Of a DNA stretch of 64,000 nucleotides, positions 54,850 to 64,000 are shown piece by piece (position 1 is the first letter of the stretch; every line of letters begins with the position of its first letter). Source of the stretch: Hormiphora californensis (taxonomy: Eukaryota > Animalia > Ctenophora); NCBI GenBank assembly GCA_020137815.1, contig CM035355.1, positions 4,836,001 to 4,900,000 of the forward strand, read 5' to 3'. Made by a program: the position numbers and the translations under genes. Under the pieces are notes generated by a model. It was not told where the DNA came from and did no database searches. It saw only the letters and a list, made by a program, of their open reading frames with translations.

Positions 54850-57512
54850 ATGTTAGGTTGCGCAAGGAGATTGTTGACCAAGACGAACCTGTCCCATGCT
54901 CGAACTCTCGTCATAACTCCTGAGCATGAGGCTCTTAAGGAAAACTTGATGAAGTTAATCCAAAAAGAGATAAACCCCAGATGTGCACAGTGGGAAAAAG
55001 ATGAAATTTTTCCTGCCCATGAGGTCTTCAAACTTCTTGGTAAGTCAGAACTAAATAATTGCAATGAACAAACCGGTTGCCAGAAGTGAATCACGTGATG
55101 AAGTAGTTCCTCACCCTACAGAATAACTAATAGCTACAGTCGGACCGCGATTTAGCGGACACCTCGATTTAACGGACAAAACCCTTTCCCCTGACTCCTG
55201 AGGGTGCCGTTAAATCGGGGTCCGATTGTACTTATAATACTGCATTATATTGTCAACCACTCAACCTACTTAGAAACTACCATGTTATTTTGGTGATGCC
55301 ATCCCCTTCGCGGGCTTCGTTTAGCTGCGCTGTGTGCGGCTAGTGTAGGGGTGGCCGCGTCACCAACATGTTATTATGTGATTAGTTCCTCACTATCTCT
55401 CTCACTCTCTTTATGTATCCAGGAGATAACGGTTTCCTTGGGATATCAAAACCTGTCGAGTACGGTGGTCTTGGCCTGGATTACAGTTACGAGATCATGG
55501 CTGGTGAGGCCTACGCAACGATTGATTCCGGTGGCGTTTCCATGGCGATTGGGGTGCAGTGTGACATGGCAACCCCAGCCCTGGCTAAGTTTGGGTCACA
55601 TCATGTTAAGGAGAACTTCCTGGCGCCAACCATAGCTGGGGATTATGTGGCCTGTTTGGGTGTTAGTGAGGTGGGCAGTGGGTCAGATGTATCCAGTATT
55701 AAAAGCAAAGGTTCGTCTCACTCTTTCTATCCCTTTCTTTCTTGTTTTGTTCAAACCATTTTATTTTATTCTTCTCTCCCTCCCATTACATCATTATTCT
55801 AACCCATGATATCAGCACCCACTAACCCAATATACCATTAACCCAATATACCACTAACCCACAGCACGAGTTGAGGGTAACGAGTGGGTTATCAACGGAG
55901 GGAAGATGTGGACCACTAATGGAACCCAGGCTGACTGGATGTGTATGTTGGTCAATACCAATGATAATCCGAACCCCCACAAGAGCAAGAGTCTGATTTG
56001 TGTACCCATGAAGACTAAGGGTGTAGCTGTGCACAGGTAAACTATTATAGTAGTCGTACAGTCTGACCCCGATTTGCTTGGCCAAAACCTTTTCCCCCGA
56101 GCATCCCGGTAAATCGGGGTCTGGCTGTATTCTACTATCTATATTTAAAATAATAACTCACATCAATTAGTTGCATCACGTTTTGCAATAAATCAATACA
56201 ATTTGTATGGGTAGTAACATGACACGGTATCCTCCCACTCTAGGAAGATTAGTAAGATGGGGATGCACTCCTCTGACACAGCTGAGATCACCATGGAGAA
56301 TGTCAGGGTTCCCCTAGATAACCTTATCGGTGAGGAGGGAAGGGGATTCCAGCAGCAAATGAACCAGTTCCAAAATGAACGAATGTAAGTTACTCCTCAC
56401 ATTTCGGCTAATAACTTTTGACATTATTCAGCCGAAAGCTTCTGATAGTACAGCTGCTCTGCTGCTAAATCGTTTTTCTTTCCCCCTTCAGTATTTTTCA
56501 CCACATTTTAATTTCTTTGTAAATATCATATCTATATCCAGATCTATTCAACACTCATTACCTCATTTCCAGTTACGCTGCGGCAGGGGCTATTCCAGCG
56601 ATGGATAGAGCTATTCAGGAGACTATTGAGTATTGTAGCCAGAGAAAGGCCTTTGGGAAGAGTATTTTAGATAACCAGTATGTTCATTATCGTCTGGCAG
56701 AGTTACAGACTGAGGTGGAGTGCCTCAGAGCTATGCTTTATCAGGTATATTGTTTTGTTCAAACTATTTAGTCTAAACTGTTGTGCGTGGTGAGAGAGGA
56801 CAAACCAGATATATGTACCTCCACAAATATTGGTTTTTTTCTTCTTCACTCTACCATATCATATGGTCCATATTACTTATGCAATGTTAGGGCCTTCTTT
56901 CCAGTATCCCCGACTGACACTTCCCTCCCTCTATCCACAGTGTGTTTCCCCACTGACACTTCTCCCTCTCCCTCCCTACAGTGTGTTGACCAGCACATTG
57001 CCCCACTGACACACTTATCTCCCCCTCCAGTGTGTTGACCAGCATGTTGCTGGGGAGGACATCACACCCCAGGCCACAATGCTCAAGTTAAAGAGTGGTC
57101 GATTGGTCCGAGAAGTTGCTGATTCCTGCCTGCAGTTCTGGGGAGGTAGGTACACATTTAGACTTAAAATCACACATTTATAGCTGTACTTCACAAGAAC
57201 TAGTGAAAGTAGGAGGGTTGCTATTCGGCTTGTTTTTCTTCGTTTCTTCATTGAAGATGCCACCATTCAATCATCCCAGCCCCTCTTCCCACTATCCCCA
57301 AGTACCAATGCAACCCCTCTCTCGTTATACCATGTCCCTAACTCACAACCCCCCTCTCCCACTATATAACAGGTATGGGGTATACGGATGACGTGTTCAT
57401 CTCTAGAATGTACCGAGACACCAGACTGATGAGTATTGGTGGTGGAGCTGACGAGGTCATGTTGAACGTCATCTGCAAGTTCATGGGAACTGATCCTGGT
57501 TCACGAAGTTAG
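54850..57512 (+). CDS. Mitochondrial acyl-CoA dehydrogenase (LCAD-like catalytic arrangement), 7 exons
   Basis: Targeting peptide MLGCARRLL; motifs EYGGLGLD, CLGVSEVGSGSDV, INGGKMWTTNG, KMGMHSSDTAE, FQNER, RKAFGK, CLQFWGGMGY and YRDTRLMSIGGGADEV. Confidence 0.92.
55135..55230. mobile_element. pogo-like MITE, copy 2
   Basis: TACAGTCGGACC...GGTCCGATTGTA; same family as 6303. Confidence 0.8.
56057..56129. mobile_element. pogo-like MITE, copy 3
   Basis: TACAGTCTGACCCCGATTT...AAATCGGGGTCTGGCTGTA. Confidence 0.78.
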
Positions 57513-57875
57513 AGAATACTGTGTCCAGTGCTGGTCTTATCAGTGGTGGTGGACAGTGTTTTATACTCCACCAGAACTGGCGTACTTTTTCATGTTTTGC
57601 TTGTTTTATGAGATGAACAGGATGAGATGATTTCCATGTGTGACCCTCACCGATATACCAAATATACATGAATGAATGAAATATGTTGAAATGTGTGTTG
57701 GATATTTTGGGAATTTGTATTGGCTTCGTTATCAGGAGCTCTCCCCTCGGTTAATTTATTTCAATGTGTTTAAAAAGTTTAAGAAGTGTTTTATCTGAGT
57801 ACCCGGCCCTTCCCTCTCCCCTATCTATTCCCTGTCTCTCTAATATCTCCCCTGCCTCTCTCTAGATCTCAGTGA

Positions 57876-60800
57876 ATGGTCCGGTACACCAGGTTAATGG
57901 GAGATGCAGCAGACGACCAACCGCCCCTGGTAGCTGAGGAAAGACAGAGTATACATAGTGCTCACATTGATGTGGAGAGACAGAGGTTCCCACATTGCGT
58001 TGTGTGGACGCCCCTTCCACTTCTTAGGTAACAAGGGTTCTTTACTTTATTTTGTTACTGAAACTTCAACGAACAACAAATTTTCTAAATCACAAAATTA
58101 TACATTACGTAGTCACATATCTTTATACATTTTCAAAATAACATTGTTCGCCAAACTTATAGTCTCACTATAACACCGTTTGTCACAATGTACAATAATA
58201 TTGTCTCTCATCGTCACATATTACTATTTACTGTATCAGATACAGTAGATAAGAAGAGATACAGTATATCTCTACTTATCAAAGGTGTCCTTGTTAGAGT
58301 ACCCAGCAACATATCCATCATTAGATACCACATTCTCCCTTCCCTCAATGCCCTTTCCTTTTCCATCTGCACCAAACCTCTCCTTGTGGGATCCTGGGGG
58401 AATAATTAACTGAATAATTAGTTGGGGGGGGGGGGTTAATTACTAAATAAAACTGTCTGGGATACAATTTCTTGACATACCGCCCCATTATGTTGGCCGG
58501 CCACCATGAGAGCGTTGCCTACGAGTTGTAGGCTACGTAGGCTACAATATGACGGAGCACCTCTCATTGGGCTAATATCTGATAAAAACACATACAGTCG
58601 GACCCCGATTTAGGGGCCCCCGATTTAGTGGCACCCCGATTTAGGGACAGGATTTTTTCCCCCGATATAGGAAATTAACCTTATTTGACCCCGATTTAGT
58701 GGACACCCCGATTTAGTGGACAAGAGCCTTTCCCCCTAAATCGGGGTCCGACTGTATAATGGCTAAATTATTTTTCGTTGTACCTGTGTATTTGGAAGTA
58801 TCAGTTAGCCTGTCCGTTCCTCCTACCTTGCTTACTTTCTAGGGGTTCAATATATTGTTATGAAACAGCAAATAATTTGCATGTTGCAGAATGTCCTTTC
58901 TTTCAGAGAGATAGGACTTTGTTACAAACAACTTTCTCTCCAATAATTTCTCACCAATACTCTCTGCTATTTTGTTCTCTCTGCTATTTTGTTCTCTCTG
59001 CTATTTAATTCTCTCTGCTATGTAATTCTCACCGTGGTACCAGTAGTTCCAGGTGCTTTACCAGCCACGAGCTCTCTCATCGCTGCCTTTGCTTCATCTG
59101 CACTCTTTTTAGGATACCTCTTGGCAGAGAGTTCATCTAGTATCACACCAAACTCTTTTACTGTAATAGTCCTTCCTCCCTTACTGTGGTGGGAGAGAAA
59201 TGATTAATAGTTGGTGATTTAGATTGAATCAGAATTGATATTTTAGATACTCTGTCAATCTCTCCTTTTTCGACCCTCTCTCTCCGTGCCCCGCGACAAA
59301 TGTAAAGGAGGGTTAGAACATATAACATTGTCAATCAACTACTCACGGTTTGTGTTTTGAAAAGATAATATCGACATCAGTAGAGGTAACACATTTCCCC
59401 ATTATCCCGGTATCTTTACACAGCTTGCTAAACTTCTTGTTGTCCAACTCCTTGCCAGTACTCTTACTGTCACCAAACTTGGAAAAAGCAGCAAATGTCT
59501 CCTCCATTGTGTAGCTAATTGTGGAATGGCCAGTTTGAGAAATAAGTTGGGAAATAAGTTTGGTTGGTAGGAAAAGCTTTTGCCTTTCTAAAACGAAGCA
59601 TCAAATTTCAGTATTGTCGCAAACTATAAGAAAACAGAACAAGTAACGATAACAGAATATAGTGCTGCGGACATGCAATGAGATAAAGCAAGAGACCAAT
59701 ATAAAAGAGTTGCTTCTTTAATTGGTCCTCTAAACGATCCCTTACTTTCTCCCTCTCGAGTACATCTCTGAATAATATGCAATGTACTCAAATTAGCAAA
59801 CTATGCTAAATTAAAACACAATTTAACTGAAAGCACAGTGGGCGAGGGGAGCTGTCCCTAGTCGGCGAAGTTTGAGTGTTACGGATAACCAAAGTGGGCG
59901 AGGGGAGCTGGCAGCGGTATAACAACAAGGATGCAACAGAGCAAGGAGATAGAGAGATAGCAGGGTGATAGAAAGAGAGGGATCAGGGAGCGAGAGAGAG
60001 ATAGCAGGGTGATGGAAAGAGAGGGATCAGGGAGCGAGAGAGAGATAGCAGGGTGATGGAAAGAGAGGGATCAGGGAGCTAGAGAGAGGGATAGCAGGTA
60101 GCTCGGCCACCTGGGGGAGTGAGGAAGAGAGGGGTGCCACCTGTATTGCAGCTCCAGACTAACAAGGAATGTCTAATTCTAAAATGGCCCTGTAAGTTAC
60201 AACTGGATAACATGTCAATTTGTCAATAAATGTCAGATATTGTCATAATATCATGCACGCTATGAGGAGGAGTTATAATCTAGGTTACAACAAACAAACA
60301 AGTGACACCGGATACTGTTTCCCTCTCTCTCACATAGCTGTAGAGTTGCTAGGCAACGCTCCTAACAACCAAAACAACCTGAAAGGTCGCTTGATAAAGG
60401 AACTCATTTCACCATGCACATAATATAAAAATCGGACATATTATGTATTCTTGCTAACTCTCCTCCCCACTCAGTTGGCTATTTCCCCTAACATCCCTCT
60501 CCTCTCCCACTCAGTTGGCTATTCCCTCTAATTGGACACACTGGTATCTGCACTGCTGACGGTGTTATTCAGGATTTCTCCGGTCCATATATGGTAACGG
60601 TGGATAACATGGCCTTTGGAAATCCTACCAAGTACTGGCAGCTAGATCCTGCTAAAATAACTGACATGGAGTGGGATACTGCCGTGCTGAGAGCTAGTCA
60701 GGAATATAGAGGCAGAATGGTGAGTGAGTGGGGTGATTTTGATAAGGTCTGTCAATGATGGTACGATTTAACAGGCATTCCTCTCTTCATTCATATAGCA

Positions 60801-61436
60801 GGGTATGTATGGGTAATACCCATACATCCCCTGCTATACGAATACCCATTAGGTATGCTGCAAATTGCAATGCACCTATCGGGGAAGGTGGGGTTTGCTG
60901 CTAGAGATAGCACACTAAGGGAGTGTAACATTATCTACCTTTATATCATGTTACACTTTTGGTGTGAGGAATGAAGAGTGAGTAGTGAGGTTAGAACATA
61001 TTTCTATCAGAATAAAATTATGTTAACTAACACACTTCTCTCCCCAGCATAATCTATGTTGTGACAATTGTCACTCTCACGTTGCTTATGCCCTGAACTT
61101 GATGGGATATGACAGGAAGACTAACTGGAATATGGTTCACATAGCCCTGTATCTCCTGCCATACTCCAAATTTACTGGGTATGTTGAGTGTTTATAACGA
61201 CACCGTTTTTGTGAAAACTGGGACTTCGAATGATAGTACCCTCTCTCCTATCTGTATAGATGTAGGATGTTTGTAGTATTTATGTTCTTTCTTTAGAAAG
61301 AGAAAGAGAGAAAGAAAGTAGTTGTAGTTGATTATCTAATTGATAAAACTGTTTCAGGATTGGTGGATTTTTGAAGACCTACCTTCCCTTCTTTATAATT
61401 GTTGCTATTATTCTTGTTGTGGTGTTCGTCTTCTAA
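57876..61436 (+). CDS. TMEM222: Transmembrane protein 222 (RTE1-like), 4 exons
   Basis: Exons 57876-58027, 60515-60719, 61048-61178 and 61358-61436 give [70 protein letters not shown] and FLKTYLPF. Confidence 0.93.
58272..59507 (-). CDS. TPPP: Tubulin polymerization-promoting protein (TPPP/p25alpha family), 4 exons, nested antisense in TMEM222 intron 1
   Basis: [13 protein letters not shown]...KFSKLCKD...[37 protein letters not shown] and GYVAGY. Confidence 0.93.
58593..58756. mobile_element. pogo-like MITE, copy 4 (TPPP intron)
   Basis: TACAGTCGGACCCCGATTTAG...CTAAATCGGGGTCCGACTGTA. Confidence 0.85.
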
Positions 61437-62085
61437 AAACAACACTAACATGAAACACTGGAACACTGGAACACTGGACACCTGGCACTGAACACATGCA
61501 TGTTCTGAGTTCTGGAACCAGTGCCAACACGGATGCGTGAGTATACTTTGTGGAATACAATCGATTGGACTGATTCCAAAGAGGGGGAATTAGTTCTCTC
61601 CATTAGACAGTGTGAAGGAGTGAGAACTAAACTGTGTCCTAAGGACAGAGATTTGAGAGTAATATTTAGATCGAGCTTAGAAGTTTTTCGATGACACCAA
61701 AAGACTATTTATTGTGTTTATTTAAATCGGGTTGTGTTTTCTGTATATTACGAGAGTTTAAATGTCGCATGTAATGTGATAAAATTCAGTATGCGTCTAG
61801 ATAATTCCTATCTCTTGGTAACGTCCCATCCCCTGATCCCACAGCGGTAGTACCACTTCCCGCCCCTGCCCCATGTTTGTAACGCGCGGTACTCTCTCCG
61901 TAACATATCAGCAAATCTCGCACGCGCGTTCACAACCTCATTTCACAGAAATGACCTGTCTTGTGTAGGCAAGGATATCTGAAGTTGCAAGCAAGTTAGC
62001 AAGCAGTAAGTGAGATTTGCCTTGTTCGACCCTCCCTCCTTATTATAAAATAAAATAAAAAGGTTTGAACAAAACAAAGTGAGAT

Positions 62086-63844
62086 ATGGCTGCTAGAAAT
62101 GGAGTTACTGCCTTGGCTAGGAGTCTCTCATCCAAACCAATTGATTTAGATCCGGTAAGAAGCGCGAATTACACCATTAGATAATCAGTTATTAATCGGG
62201 TCTTTAAATGATTATCCACCCGTTTCGATTCAAATGATAGTTCCACGATGTAGGAGAGATTGGAAAGGTTTATTAGCCGCATAAACAGGTGTAACGGGTG
62301 ACAACTAAAAATTGTCCCTAATCTAAAACGGCTGTAGAATTTTTCCCTTTTGAGATACAGCTTCGGGCCAGTGATAGAACGATTTTTTAGACAATTTTGA
62401 ATCAGAATAACATTTGCCTTGTTCGACCCTAAAATAAAAAGGTTTGAACAAAACAAAATAACATATCGGCAAAGACTAAAAAGTTCATTTTCATTGCGAT
62501 ATCGCATCATTTCCTCTTGCCCCACCAAATCATCAAGTACGGAGATTCGAAATTTCTATGTGATCAGAAACAACCTTCCCGATGAGTTAACATTCTCAAA
62601 ATTGGAAGTTTGGTGGTTCATGCCATACCCAACATAACTGCCAAGTTTGAACATTTCAGCTTATTAGGAAGTTGGTTTTCCACGTCATTACTCTTTTTAG
62701 AGATCATCGAAATGGCGATTTCTCAAATTACCTGTAAACTACGCTTTTGAAGGTTCGTTACAGAAGATTCTGCTCAGGAAATTGAGATTTATGAAGTTTG
62801 AAACGAAGTTAATTTTGTTCAAAATTGTCTGAAAATTCATTCTATCACTGTCCCGATGCTGTATCTCAAATAGAACAGGTGCTAGAGATGCTAGAAAAGT
62901 GTGTAGATTTCCCGTACTACATGCATTGGTGGAGCAAGAGGAAATAATGCGATATCGCAATGAAAATGAACATTTTAGCCTTTGCCGGTATGTTATTCTG
63001 ATTCAAAATTGTCTAAAAAATCGTTCTATCACTGGCCCGAAGCTGTATCTCAAAAGATAAAAATTATACAGCCGTTTTAAATTAGGGACAATTTTTAGTT
63101 GTCACCCGTTACATTCCTACTTGATCTAAACCTTGTTTTTCAGGCAGGTCTATTCAAGGATAAAGCCCTCTCGGCACGATACGATAAATTCCGACCCAAG
63201 TTACCTATTGTCCTAATAGAGACCATAGTAGAGAAGTTGTTAGGGGGACGAAGGCCCGGATTATGGCTGGATGTAGGATGTGGGCCTGGCAATAGCACAA
63301 AACAGTAAGTAGTATACGTCGTTAAATTGCTTTTCTCACCCTCTCTCATTTACAAAATAAGTTTTGGTACTACAACAACAGATCTTCCCACCTAAATTAT
63401 TATTGTTAGTTTGATATCAGTTAATAATTTTCAGGATCATAGGACATGCAGATAAGATTGTAGGGGTGGATATTTCAGAGACACAGATTGAGGTGGCACG
63501 AAAAGCAGTTATCGACCCTTCCGTTACATTTGCTACGGTAATTTATTGACACACACTCTGACACAGACACACGTCACACACATTGTGATTGTTTCTCTCA
63601 AAATGATACGACCTTGATCGAGACAGAAGATTTATCTATCACTCGTCAAACCTCGCGGAACCTCGTTCTACTAGGATCGAATTGAGGAAGAAGGGTCGCT
63701 AGACAAGGCTAGACTCTCGTGATTAATCTTTTTATTTTCTTGCAGGGAGGGTGTGATAATTTGCCGGCAGAGTCGAACAGTGTCGATGTAATCACTGCAG
63801 TGCAGGCAGCACACTATTTCGACCTACCCGCTTTCTTCAAAGAG
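62086..63844 (+). CDS. Class I SAM-dependent methyltransferase (Methyltransf_11-like), incomplete at the 3' end
   Basis: Exons encode ARYDKFRP, LDVGCGPGNST, VGVDISETQIE and LPAESNSVDVITAVQAAHYFD. The first exon 62086-62154 is tentative. Confidence 0.85.
62290..63113. mobile_element. Long-TIR MITE in the methyltransferase intron
   Basis: TGTAACGGGTGACAACTAAAAATTGTCCCTAA... is mirrored at 63113, with inverted arms longer than 120 bp. Confidence 0.8.
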
Positions 63845-64000
63845 GTATTACAATGTTACATGTTGTTAGCATGTTACATGTTCCTAACATGTTTTGTTTT
63901 CATTCTGATGTACGTGAGTTTGTTTTCACAAAAAAGTCAGACCCTGATCATTTTGCAGCACCTAATTCATGTTTTCCTGACCAAACACAGCCTCGAGATA

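Noticed and set aside
62169-62960. ORFs of 72-119 aa
   Set aside because: They fall in or beside a long-TIR MITE within an intron, with no transposase motifs.

Overview
Intron-rich, gene-dense animal (eukaryotic) DNA, probably a ctenophore (Pleurobrachia-like). That assignment is an inference from a short CAGGAACCGACC...GGTCGGTTCCTG MITE, a DRY-less intronless GPCR and splice acceptors placed just before start codons. Genes were rebuilt by hand from GT-AG exons. In order: RCBTB (+, 5' end outside the window); an ankyrin-repeat/SOCS-box protein (-); a tightly packed minus-strand ciliary cluster FAM227 > DNAL1 > DRC3, with an intronless GPCR nested on the same strand in a DRC3 intron; a 19-exon secreted matrix metalloproteinase with an unusual domain architecture (+); a disrupted CR1/L2-group LINE; three tandem intronless Ig-domain membrane proteins ending in P(S/T)APPAY; an acyl-CoA dehydrogenase; TMEM222 with TPPP nested antisense in its first intron; and a SAM methyltransferase that runs off the end. 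Many non-autonomous transposons are present (Tc1/pogo-, hAT- and Kolobok-like, a Helitron, and poly-G-ended elements with 7-bp duplications). 11403-13850 is a gap followed by low-quality sequence. The best leads are the Ig-receptor array with overlapping ESCRT/NEDD4 late-domain-like motifs, the MMP architecture, and possible trans-spliced operon-like clusters.
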